Part shown: positions 1 through 11,287 of the stretch, piece after piece
Position numbering within the stretch: the stretch's first letter is position 1
Layout of the letters: every line of letters starts with the position of its first letter
Source of the DNA: Flaccisagitta enflata
Taxonomy: Eukaryota
Direction of reading: 5' to 3'
Assembly: GCA_965153355.1 (NCBI GenBank)
Contig: OZ231126.1
Location: 33,480,001-33,544,000 of the forward strand
DNA: 64,000 bases
Program-made: the position numbers and the translations under genes
Notes under the pieces: model-generated
Databases searched by the model: none
The model's input: only the letters and a program-made list of their open reading frames with translations
What the model was told of the DNA's origin: nothing

Positions 1-51
1 GGCATATATTTTTCAATGATATCTGCTGACGTCAGCAACCGCCTATATAAC

Positions 52-53
<2 letters not shown>

Positions 54-138
<85 letters not shown>

Positions 139-146
139 TACACACA
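54..146. repeat. (CA)n microsatellite
   Basis: Perfect CA dinucleotide run. Confidence 0.97.
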
Positions 147-525
147 TGACAAAGGATCAAAAGCCATGAAAGTCAAGATATTATTTGCATATTGCAATCA
201 TATGATGAATAAGATTTATATTCTCTGTCATTTAGTCAATTAGAGTTGAAATCATAACTTAAACTAAATGTTTGTTTATAAAGATACAAAGAAAAACCTT
301 TCTGGTCGTTTTAAAGTAATCAACATCATTTTGAGTTCTATGTACCTTACCGTGGATCAGATTTATATGGATAAATCAAAAACTGAAAAATCACCTATTG
401 GGTGCTCGGTCGCCAACTTAGCTACTAGGTAGCTAAATTTAGCTACTTCAGAGGGGTGTTAGCTACTAAAAAAGTTATTTAGTTACTAGTTACTAATTTA
501 GCTATTGATAAAGATGCCAAGTTAT

Positions 526-552
526 TTCTCTCTCTCTCTCTTTCTCTTTCTT

Positions 553-584
<32 letters not shown>

Positions 585-597
585 CTTCTCTTTCTCT

Positions 598-656
<59 letters not shown>

Positions 657-690
657 CTCAGTCTCTCTGTCTCTTTTTGTATTTCTCTCT
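526..690. repeat. (CT)n-rich microsatellite
   Basis: Polypyrimidine CT run; source of the spurious ER/SL ORFs. Confidence 0.95.
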
Positions 691-715
691 CCATGTATCT
701 TTTTCATTTTGTTTT

Positions 716-902
716 TTGAGTTGTGGACACGCAACTTAAGGCTTTGTCCATCCATCAGTTGGTCCATCCATTGGTGTCCGTCCATCAGTTGGTCCATCCA
801 TTGGTGTGTAGAGGGGAGTTGGGGTGGGGTTGGGGTGAGGCTGGGGGATGGATACCGCTGCCCACCTATCCGCAACAATATTGTGACCTCGCGTCACTTG
901 TT
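716..902 (+). mobile_element. Non-autonomous Helentron-like element (HINE family C), diverged copy
   Basis: 5' AGTTGTGGACACGCAACT hairpin, GTCC-type repeats, 3' TCCGCAAC..GTGACCTCGCGTCAC stem-loop then TTGTT. Same layout as the copies at 27719, 29092, 55886 and 56355. Confidence 0.7.
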
Positions 903-980
903 CTTACACTATCTCTCTCTCTCTCTCTCTTTTAAACATGCAACTCACAGATCTGCTGTTTTGCTATTGAGCATTAGGGT

Positions 981-1306
981 GACTGAAAATATGGTTATAT
1001 TTGAATCTGGTCTCCCTCGCGGGAGAAATGAGACCATTTCCATCACAGATGATAACCCTAAAATCTGGTGGCAATCAAATGAAGTTTACTCATGGCCGCA
1101 ACCCCCCTCATTTCCCATAGAACATGTACAGGAAAGAATTTGGCCTATGTAGCTTCCTATCTTTTATAAAGGGAATGGGGTGGGGTTGCGGCCATAAGTA
1201 AACTTTGTCTAATCATCTCATGATTTTAGAGTTACCATCTATGATGGAAATGGTCACATTTCTCCTGCGAGGAAGACCAGATTCGGAGTTGACCATATTT
1301 TAAGTC
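981..1306. repeat. Imperfect foldback palindrome (~325 bp, MITE-like)
   Basis: GACTGAAAATATGG..GAATCTGGTCTCCCTCGCGGGAGAAATGAGACCATTTCCATCA pairs with TGATGGAAATGGTCACATTTCTCCTGCGAGGAAGACCAGATTC..CCATATTTTAAGTC. The inner arms (CATGGCCGCAACCCC / GGGGTTGCGGCCATA) also pair. Confidence 0.85.
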
Positions 1307-1863
1307 AATCTGTTGAACATTGAACTCCATATTAGACATGTCAAATATTATAGACTTTTTTGTGTGATTTATTCCATGTAACTTAATTGTTGGATCTTTA
1401 TATCAGTGATTGTTAAATCATTCCTTTACTTATCCATATGATATATAAGTGAGTTATTTAACATGGTTTGGATACTAATTTAGATAATAGCGAAAAAACT
1501 TAGCTACTTTTTAGATACCTGGAGAGGGTCAGACAGCTACTTGGACCCTTAAGGTGTTGGCGACCAAGATTGGGTGAGATTCATCTGAGGATAGATGAAC
1601 CGAATTTTGAGCTGTTGATAGACTAGCAGGCCAGGTGGCCGAGCTGATTTCAAACTGATAGCCAATCACTCCCAAGGTTCCCCTGGTGTTATATGATGTG
1701 TTTTTGAACATAAGTGAGCAAGCTTACTTTTGAGATAATTCTTTCTTTCTTTCTCTCTTTTTTCTTTTTCTTTTGATATCTATTTCTTTCTTTTCTTTTT
1801 TTTTTTTGCTCTTTCTTTTAGTTCTTTCTTTCATTCTTTTCTCTCTTCTTTCGCTCTTCTCTC

Positions 1864-2516
1864 TTTTTGGGCAGCGGCCCCGAAGGGGACGATGTCCTGT
1901 AGAACACAGGGGACTTTCGTTTGTTCGTTTGTCCGTTCGTCCCCCCCCCCTCATTGAGCCCCTCAGGCCACAAATCTGATCTCTCAGGCCTCAAATCTGA
2001 CCTCTCAGACCTCAAATCTGACCTCTCAGGCCTCAAATCTGACCTCTCAGGGCTCAAATCCAGCCTCTCGGGCCTCAAATCCAGCCTCTCAGGCCTCAAA
2101 TCCAGCCTCGCAGGCCTCAAGTCCAGCCTCTCAGGTCTCTAATCCAGCCTCTCAGGCCTCAAATCCAGCCTCTCAGGCCTCAAATCCAGCCTCTCAGGCC
2201 TCAAATCCAGCCTCTCAGATCTCAAACCTGGCCTCCCAGGCCTCAAATCCAAATTCTCAGGGCCAGCTATCTCAAGCTTCCGATTGACATTCTCAGGCCT
2301 TACATCAGCCTTCTTAGACCTCAGTTAAGGCTCTTGAAGGCCTTCAGTCAGCATCTCATCCTCTTCTTGAGGCAGGAAAAACTAAATTCCCCCTGTGTTC
2401 TACAGGACATTGTCCCCTTCGGGGCCGCTGCCCTGCTTCCCCTCACTTCAATCGACAATCACTCAAAGCAGGGCAACGGGTATCGCTGACCACATATTGC
2501 CCTTGGGCGACCTGTT
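1864..2516 (+). mobile_element. Non-autonomous Helentron-like element (HINE family B) with internal 21-bp minisatellite
   Basis: T-run + GGGCAGCGGCCCCGAAGGGGAC..; inverted copy ..GTCCCCTTCGGGGCCGCTGCCC ~85 bp before the 3' end (asymmetric TIR). Tail GGGCAACGGGTATCGCTGACCA is shared with the copy at 63585. Internal (CTCAGGCCTCAAATCCAGCCT)n. No TSD. Confidence 0.75.
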
Positions 2517-2700
2517 TCCTCTCTCTTCTCACTTCTCTCTTCTTCTCCATCTTCACCCTCTTCTTTTTCTTTTTTTTTTCTTCTTCTACTGCACTGTAAG
2601 CTGCCGACAAGGCCTCTGTCCTGCCGAGTAGCGGCGCTACCCGCTAATCCAAAATCTATATGCCTGCAGTCTGTGCCAAATTTCAACCCTCCCATTGCAT

Positions 2701-2800
2701 TTTTGTCCGCGACGGAATACCATTCCGACGCGGACTATAATTAGAGGCGGGTGGGTGTCGTCGTCGTCGTTGTTGTCGTCGTCGTCGTTGTCCACACTTT
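2701..2800 (+). mobile_element. Probable 5' end of another Helentron-like non-autonomous element
   Basis: T-run + GTCCGCGACGGAAT-ACC-ATTCCGACGCGGAC hairpin followed by (GTC)n, the same 5' architecture as the other HINE families here. The 3' end was not located. Confidence 0.45.
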
Positions 2801-2914
2801 TAAAAATGGGCTAACTTTTGAACGCCTTGACCGATTTGCTTCATATTTGGAGGGAAGTTGTACTAGGGTAAGCCGCTTTACATCCTATGCGTATGTCATG
2901 ATCTGACCCACCCA

Positions 2915-3802
2915 ACCGGCCCAACCAGCCTACCAGCCTAAAAGTGAAAAACGTGCATAACTTCGGCATTTTTCAACCGATTTGGTTGAAACTTGGTATG
3001 TAGTCTCTAAATGGAAGGACTCAACATATGTATTTGATCTGTACAGATTTTAGCATGTTAACCGGCCAAACCGGCCTACCACCCAACCAGCCTACCAGCC
3101 TAAAAGCGAAAAACGTGCACAACTTCGTCATTTTTCAACCAATTTGGTTGAAACTCGGTATGTAGTCTCTAAATGAAAGAACTCAACATATGTATTTGAA
3201 TTGTAAAGGTTTTAGCATGCTAACCGGCCAAACCAGCCTACCAGCCTAAAAGTTAAAAATGTGCATAACTTTGGCATTTTTCAACCGATTTGGTTGAAAC
3301 TTGGTATTTAGTCACTAAATGGAAGGACTCAACATATGTATTTGAATTGTATAGATTTTAGCATGCTAACCGGTCAAACCAGCCTACCACCCAACTAGCC
3401 TACCAGCCTAAAAGTGAAAAATGTGCATAACTCTGGCATTTTTCAACCGATTTGGTTGAAACTTGGTATGTAGTCTCTAAATGGAAGGACTCAACATATG
3501 TATTTGATCTGTACAGATTTTAGCATGTTAACTGGCCAAACCGGCCTACCACCCAACCAGCCTACCAGCCTAAAAGCGAAAAACGTGCATAACTTCTGCA
3601 TTTTTCAACCGATATGGTTGAAACTTGGTATGTAGTCTCTTAATGGAAGGAATCAACATATGTATCTAAATTGTATAGATTTTAGCATGCTAACCGGCCA
3701 AACCAGCCTACCATCCAACTACCCTCCCATCCAACTACCCTCCACCCAACTAGCCTACCAGCCTAAAAGTGAAAAATGTGCATAACTTTGGCATTTTTCA
3801 AC
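2915..3802. repeat. Tandem repeat, ~145-162 bp unit, ~5.5 copies
   Basis: Unit CCAGCCTAAAAG(T/C)GAAAAACGTGCATAACTT..TTCAACCGATTTGGTTGAAACTTGGTATGTAGTCTCTAAATGG.. recurs at ~2941, 3103, 3248, 3410, 3572 and 3766. Confidence 0.95.
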
Positions 3803-4632
3803 CGACAATGTCATTTGATAATGTCATTTGACAATGTCGTTTGACAATGTCTTTTGCCAATGTCGCTTGACAATGTCGTTTGACAATGTTGTTTGACAAT
3901 GTCGTTTGACAATGTCGTTTGGCAATGTCATTTGACAATGTCGTTTGACAATGTCGTTTGACAATGTCGTTTGACAATGTCGTTTGACAATGTCGTTTGA
4001 CAATGTCGTTTGACAATGTCGTTTGACAATGTCGTTTGACAATGTCGTTTGACAATGTCGTTTGACAATGTCGTTTGACAACGTCGTTTGACAACGTCGT
4101 TTGACAACGTCGTTTGACAACGTCGTTTGACAACGTCGTTTGACAACGTCGTTTGACAACGTCGTTTGACAACATCGTTTGACAACGTCGTTTGACAACG
4201 TCGTTTGACAACGTCGTTTGACAACGTCGTTTGACAACGTCGTTTGACAACGTCGTTTGACAACGTCGTTTGACAACGTCGTTTGACAACGTCGTTTGAC
4301 AACGTCGTTTGACAACGCCATAATACAACGCCATATTACAACGCCATATTACAACGCCGTATTACAACGCCGTATTACAACGCCGTATAACAGCGCCGTA
4401 TTACAACGTCGTATTACAGCGCCGTATTACAGCGCCGTATTACAACGCCGTATTACAACGCTGTATTACAACGCCGTATTACAACGCCGTATTACAACGC
4501 CGTATTACAACGCCGTAGTACAACGCAGTAGTACAACGCCGTATGAAAACTCCATATTACAACGCCGTTTGACACCGCCGTTTGACACCGCCGTCTGACC
4601 ACGCCGTTTGACAACGCCGTTTGACAACGCCG
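3803..4632. repeat. 13-bp minisatellite (GACAATGTCGTTT / GACAACGTCGTTT / TACAACGCCGTAT variants)
   Basis: Period 13 read directly; it gives 13-aa periodic spurious ORFs. Confidence 0.97.
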
Positions 4633-5609
4633 ATTGTCCCCATACTCTTTCAAGATTTTTATCCTCAAATTTGATCATTTTTCCAGCTCTAATTTTGTCA
4701 GGGGTGTTAGATGCTTTGTTTAAGGGTTAGGCTAGGGTGTGTGTGGATTGGTAGCCCCTGCTATCTAGGAAATAGATATCTGTCCACCTAAGAATTCATG
4801 TCATTTATTGACACACAATCAGGTATATCAGCTGATTGCAAATCAATAAAAAATAGATATATGCTCCCTCTGATTCAATTGCCACCACCATTAACCAGTG
4901 TACAATTTGAAAGAGTTTCTGCAAGTACATTGGAGTGATTGCTTCCAGCATTTTTGCGTGATAAAATTGTATCCCCCTTTCTTCATCTTTGAGTGATCAT
5001 AACTTTTAATGGCTGGGCTGATTTTGTTGCGCAAAAATACAAAAAGATGCCTCTTGAAAAACTTTTCAGTTTGGGCACCAACTTTTTGTCAATTCATCAA
5101 AAAACAAAGCAGTTATCAATTTTTTAATGATAAAGATTAACTGTCAAAAAATCAAATTAAGGAACCTTCAAAAGGAATGATTTCTTTCAAAGTATGATAA
5201 CTTTTATACGCATTGAGATAGCAGGATGCGGTTTGCATAGATGGCTTGCAAATTTGAAGAGCTTAATTTTTATCATTCTAAGTCAGGAAGTCTGCACGCG
5301 ACTTATAGGTGTTGGCCTTGTTTTTTCTCCATCACGCAACGCATCTGTCGGCAAGAACAACAACAACCCTTTGTTTATGCAGAAAAAATGTTTTATTTTG
5401 CTCATGATTTTCATTGAAATTGGTACAGGCTAATTTAAGATATGTCCAAAATTGTGAAAGCCTCGCCCAAGAAAACACAATTAAAATTACCAAAAAAAAA
5501 AGAAACCTTTCAACTTAAAAAAGCGCCAAAAATAATATTTTTACAGTATGTTTTTTTTTCGTTTGCAACATTACAGGACGGCACTAATCAGCCCTCAGGC
5601 CAGCGATTG

Positions 5610-6248
5610 ACTTCTGCAACGGCTCATTTTGTAGGTAATAAGTGAGCATTTAATGATTTGTGACTTCTTGGACTTTTTTACAAGAATCTAATCCTCTAAA
5701 CACATAAGAGACAGACTGGGTCATGACCGAACTATCAAATAAACAAAATTTCCCACTTTAACGGTCTTTCTTTAAATTGCTTTCATTTCTGAATGGTTTG
5801 AGCCTCTGATCCCAGATTGGTCTCAAATGGAAGGTATTTTGAAGTAGTTTTTGGGATTTTTTTTAATTCAAGTATATTGTCGATATCCTGAGTAAGTTTT
5901 TTGAGTTGGGAGTCAATTCTTGAGCCATATCTTGTTAAAGGAGCCAATTTCTTGCAATCTTGGTGTGATTTTTTCATCAAAAAGTGCTTCTTTTTTTATT
6001 TTTCTTAAGACTGGTCTAAATTTGCAGTAATTTGGGACCAACCTGGCACTTTTTGTTCAATCCGGTCAGATAATAGAGCCATTTGAAGAAGGAATGTTCC
6101 TTTAAAAACCTGAAAAAATGGCCTTTTTCGCCTGTTTTGTCTAATGCTTCCTCGCCTTTGGCAGAGGTCAGGTTTTTGTCAAAAAGTCCAAGCTTAAAAA
6201 ATCATAAAATGCTCACTTATTATCTACAAAATGAGCCATTGCCGAAGT
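5610..6248. repeat. Imperfect foldback palindrome (~640 bp, MITE-like)
   Basis: ACTTCTGCAACGGCTCATTTTGTAGGTAATAAGTGAGCATT..CTTGGACTTTTT pairs with AAAAAGTCCAAG..AATGCTCACTTATTATCTACAAAATGAGCCATTGCCGAAGT. Inner CCAGATTGGTCTCAAAT / ATTTGGGACCAACCTGG also pair. Confidence 0.85.
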
Positions 6249-6404
6249 GGTTTGCATTCCAGGGGTCGAGCAATGTCGTCGTGTAATGTTACCAACAAAA
6301 AAAAAACATACCGTATGAATGATCTGATATTCATCAAAAAGTGTTGACAGTTACATACATCATATACGTAATCAAAACTATGAGCTACCTTTATAAGTCA
6401 GCCT

Positions 6405-7100
6405 TCAATGTTGTCTTCTTGTAACAATAAATGCGGACACTTTCCTATAAATCATGATCACTGTACAAAAGACGCATTCGATGAAATTACAAAGCTCCAC
6501 TGACAAATACTGCGCGTGAGATAGTCCTTTGAGAAACCGTTCTTGACATTCTAACCCTCTCCTGAACTGTTCTGCGAAATTCTGAAGAAGGAGGACTTCA
6601 TCCTGACATCGAGTATTATCTGACTTGTCGTGATAATCTTTATTACTCAGGAAATGTTGAAAGATAACTTAAAAAGTTGGGAGGAAATTGTCACGGCCAT
6701 TAATCCAATGAGAAAAGAGTTGTTACCTCTGAGTTTCTTGTGAAAATTACAGCCTTGAATTAATGTGATGGTCATTCTTATTGTGTAATAGAAAAGCAAA
6801 AGAGTGACGATGGTACTCGATGCAATGACACTGATATTGATAAGACTTCTTTGAACTTCACCCGCGTTTATAGAAACCTCCACGGCTTCAAAGATGAATC
6901 GCCAAGTTAAGCTAATGAAGAATAAAGCCAGCATCTTCACCAACAATGATGTCAACTTGTATGTTCGCATTTTCATTTTGCAGACGCAACAAAATGATTC
7001 GTGGAATAGAAGCAGATTGATGGTTTCCTCGTATAAGCTAAGAAAGTCGGTCACTTTCCCAATGATGGGCATCTGTGTTAGGAATGTTTACAGATCGCTG
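6405..7100 (-). pseudogene. Probable decayed multi-pass membrane (7TM receptor-like) gene fragment
   Basis: ORF 7072-6647 has four hydrophobic helices spaced like TM3-TM6 (..LLLFHESFCCVCK..; LLVKMLALFFISLTW; LINISVIASSTIVTLLLFYYTIRMTITL; FLIGLMAVTISSQLFKLSF). After a stop and a frame change, a TM7-like LSVELCNFIECVFCTVIMIYRK follows. Confidence 0.4.
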
Positions 7101-7399
7101 GTGACAGTCACATTAGTATGGGCGAATTGGGCCACGGGACCTGTTGAAAATTCTTGTCTTCATTCAGCGAAATTCGCACTTGCGACATGCCAAACCCTGT
7201 GTAATCTAGCACATTTTGCATGTGCACATGCCAAATACACTTATACATGTGTTATGGCAATGATTAAGCACACGTAGGAGGCAATATAAGTCGAAACAAG
7301 GCCAACACCTATAGGTCGCGTGCAGGACAAAAATAACTGAACTGACCTAACTCGTTATTGTATCTTTTTATCAAAAATCAGACTTTAACGCAACCCAAA

Positions 7400-8020
7400 A
7401 CACCCAAACCAGACTCAAACCAGACTCAAACGTGACTCAAACGAGACTCAAACCAGACTCAAACCAGACTCAAACGAGACTCAAACCAGAATTAAACCAG
7501 ACCGAAAACAGACCTAAATCAGACATAAACCAGACATAAACCAGACATAAACCAGACATAAACCAGATTTAAGCCAGACTCAAACCAGACTCAAACCAGA
7601 CTCAATCCAGACTCAAACCAAACTCAAACCAGACTCAAACCAGACTCAAACCAGACTCAAACCAGACTTAAACCAGACTTAAACCAGGCTCAAACCAGGC
7701 TCAAACCAGGCTCAAACCAGGCTCAAACCAGGCTCAAACCAGACTCAAACCAGACTCAAACCAGACTCAAACCAGACTCAAACCAGACTCAAATCAGAAT
7801 GAAACCAAACCAAAACCAGACCAAAACCAGACCGAAACCAGACCTAAATCAGACCTAAATCAAACATAAACCAGACAAAAACCAGACATACACCAGACCC
7901 AAACCAGACCTAACCCAGACCTAAACCAGACTTTAACCAGACTTAAACCATACTTAAACCAGACTTAAACCAGACTTAAACCAGACTTAAACCAGACTTA
8001 AACCATACTTAAACCATACT
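7400..8020. repeat. 11-bp minisatellite (AAACCAGACTC)n
   Basis: Direct reading. Confidence 0.95.
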
Positions 8021-8035
8021 TATCTTTAATATCAT

Positions 8036-8325
8036 TTTAACCAGCAGACTTAAACCAGCAGACTTAAACCATTAAACCAGCAGACTTAAACCATTAGATT
8101 TAAACCAGCAGACTTAAACCAGCAGACTGAAACCAGCAGATTTAAACCAGCAGACTTTAACCAGCAGACTTAACCCATTAGATTTAAACCAGCAGACTTA
8201 ACCAGAAGATTTAAACCAGCAGATTTAAACCAGCAGACTTTATCCATCAGACTTTACCCAGCAGCCTTTAACCAGCAGACTTTAACCAGCAGACTTAAAC
8301 CAGCAGACTTTAACCAGCAGACTGT
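8036..8325. repeat. ~14-bp minisatellite (AACCAGCAGACTTA)n
   Basis: Direct reading; its reverse complement occurs at 63880-64000. Confidence 0.93.
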
Positions 8326-8979
8326 AACCAAAAATGACCAAAAATGACCAAAAATGACCAAAAATGACCAAAATGACCAAAAATAACCAAAAAGGACCAA
8401 AATTGACCAAAATGACGAACAATGATCAAAATGACCAAAAATGACCAAAAATGACCGAAAATGACAAAAAATGACCAAAAATGACCAAAAATGACCAAAA
8501 TTGACCAAAAATGACCAAAATGACCAAAATGACCAAAATGACCAAAAATGACCAAAAATGACCAAAAATGGCCAAAAATGACCAAAATGACCAAAATGAC
8601 CAAAATGACCAAAAATGACCAAAAATGACCAAAAATGACCAAAATGACCAAAAATGACCAAAAATGACCAAAAATGACCAAAAATGACCAAAAATGACCA
8701 AAAATGACCAAAAATGACCAAAATGACCCAAAATGACCAAAATGACCAAAATGACCAAAAATGACCAAATATTTCCAAAAATCACCAAAATGACCAAAAT
8801 GACCAAAATGACCAAAATGACCAAAATGACCAAAATGACCAAAGATGACCAAAAATTACCAAAAATTATCAAAAATGATCAAAAATGACCAAAATGACCA
8901 AAATGACCAAAAATAACCAAAAATGACCAAAATTGACGAAAAATGACCAAAAATGACTAACAATGATCAAAATGACCAA
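8326..8979. repeat. 9/10-bp minisatellite (ATGACCAAAA[A])n
   Basis: Direct reading; continues at 25166-26000. Confidence 0.97.
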
Positions 8980-9553
8980 TAGTCGCAAAAGCGTTAGGTG
9001 GTCAGCGGTACCCGTTGCCCCTATGTGAACTTATGTGGGTGTGTGGTGGTTAGAGGGGCAGCGGCCCCGAAGGGGCCGATGACCTATGCTGTTTTTTTTT
9101 TGTTTTTGGTTAAATTAACATTGTTTTTTTTTTTTATAAAAAAACAAATCGTTAAAGAAAATCATGTCTTTCTCATTACATCATGGGGATGACGTTGATG
9201 ATGGTAACTAGAGTCATCATGACGAGAACATTAACTATGACAACGGTTACAGCATCATTGATAATGACGAATATATGAATGAAATTTAACTTGATGTCAG
9301 AGGGAAGGAAAAAATAAGTGCCAAAGAAATCATCCCCTGAAAAGCCTTTGTACTATGTTAGTTACAACTTAGTACAACCGACCAGCATCCAAAAAAAATT
9401 TCAAAAACCATAAAAGCGATATAACAACATGTAATTTGTTTTTTTGTTGGCGAATGTATGCGTTCAACGCAATGACGTGCCCAATTGAGCAAGTTCGTCA
9501 ACATGTCAGCAAGTAAAACGTAGACAATCATAAAACAAGGTTTGTCCGTGAAT

Positions 9554-9556
<3 letters not shown>

Positions 9557-9635
<79 letters not shown>

Positions 9636-9718
9636 TGTATGTGCGTGTTTATGTAATTGCGCGTGCGCGTGCGTGCGTGTACGTGCACATGTGCGTGCTC
9701 GCGTATTTGTGTTTGTGC

Positions 9719-9759
<41 letters not shown>

Positions 9760-9799
9760 TGTGTGTGTGTCTGTGTGTGTGTGTGTGTTGTGTGGTGTT

Positions 9800-9877
<78 letters not shown>

Positions 9878-9920
9878 GGTGTGTGTGTGTGTGTTGGTGT
9901 GTGTGTGTGTGTGTGTGTGT
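9557..9920. repeat. (GA)n and (TG)n microsatellites
   Basis: Direct reading. Confidence 0.96.
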
Positions 9921-9966
9921 TGTCATTGTCAATTAGCGCTTTAGTCGATACGCTGCTTACATAGTG

Positions 9967-10566
9967 ACCGGGTCATTAGCCTGAGATGCTGGATTATGTT
10001 AAGCTTTTAATCCGAGTAATTATTCTGACCAATTGTATAGATTGTATAGATTGACATTTTTTGTGTGAAAAATTCATGAACCTGGGTCCAGTGGTTTGGA
10101 TTTTAAATAACTTTTACGAAAACAGTTCCTATCTGCCACAGACCCCATTTGCTTTTGAAATGAAAGAATTGGGCATTTTCACTTTGCACTTATTTTGCAA
10201 CATTTTGATACAGGGACACAAAGGTGGTCTTGAATGAAAGATGAATTGATCAGCTTATGAACCTCTATCAAATCATCTTTCATTCTGGACTGATTTTGTA
10301 TTTCCAGCTCAAAAAATGAAGAAAAGATGCAAATTTGAAAATGCACTCTCTGACAAATTTTTATCGAAAATTCTGATAGTGAGAGAAGATTAGTTTTTAC
10401 TTCAAAAGCTTATAAAATCCAAACCACTTGACGTAGGATGATGAAATTTTAGAACAGAAAATGTCTATGTACACTCTTTAAGAGGCAACTAAGTAGAAAT
10501 TCGAGTTCCATGGCTTCTCTGAGTAAAAGCTTAAAAGAATACGGCATCTCAGGCTGATGACCCGGT
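9967..10566. repeat. Imperfect foldback palindrome (~600 bp)
   Basis: ACCGGGTCATTAGCCTGAGATGC / GCATCTCAGGCTGATGACCCGGT; AGTGGTTTGGATTTTA / TAAAATCCAAACCACT; centre GAATGAAAGATGA..TCATCTTTCATTC. Confidence 0.88.
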
Positions 10567-10824
10567 AGCAATCAGATGCATTTTGCTTCAGATGTTTTAA
10601 GATATTTGAATGACATACTAATTACATAGATTGGTTGGTTGATGCGCCATTTTGTCGGTCTATTTATGGGGAAAAGAGGCACCAAAGAAACCGACCTCTG
10701 TAAAAACGCTGTACCTAGTTCGGTAAAAATCAGTACAGTCGCACAAAAAGAATTTCAGTGCCAAAAATGTAAAAAGAAATCTGCTGGTAATAAAGGGTGT
10801 AAGTGCATGTGTTGGTTGTTGCAT

Positions 10825-11085
<261 letters not shown>

Positions 11086-11287
11086 GAAGATAATGAAAAG
11101 ACTTATTCACAACAGAAATTTTTTTATCTAGATTTATTCTACTTTATGCTTGTGGTTTCACCATTTCAGATCATGTAACGTGGTTATCTTGGCAGTTCTT
11201 GGGATCAGTGGATTCAAAAGCTTCCTTCATAAAGAAAATCAGGTCATGTTGGTAGTCTGTTGAAGTGTCTAGAAGACCTGGTTTAAG

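Larger units (their letters stand above)
405..1568. mobile_element. Non-autonomous hAT-like DNA transposon with 8-bp TSD, carrying nested repeats
   Basis: TIR CTCGGTCGCCAAC (405) / GTTGGCGACCAAG (ends 1568). Identical 8-bp flanks ATTGGGTG at 397-404 and 1569-1576. TAGCTAC subterminal repeats occur at both ends. No transposase ORF. Confidence 0.8.

Noticed and set aside
2915-3802. CRISPR-like look of repeats with internal palindromes (also the motif cluster at 20627-21141)
   Set aside because: The units are full tandem copies or irregularly spaced, without uniform unique spacers; there are no cas genes and the context is eukaryotic.
3798-4598. 13-aa repeat ORFs (CQTTLSNDVVKRR)
   Set aside because: The same peptide appears in all three frames because the DNA unit is 13 bp.
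8254-8872. Hydrophobic FGHFWSFLVI ORFs (also at 25459-26033 and 62000-63900)
   Set aside because: Artefacts of the 9/10-bp minisatellite.
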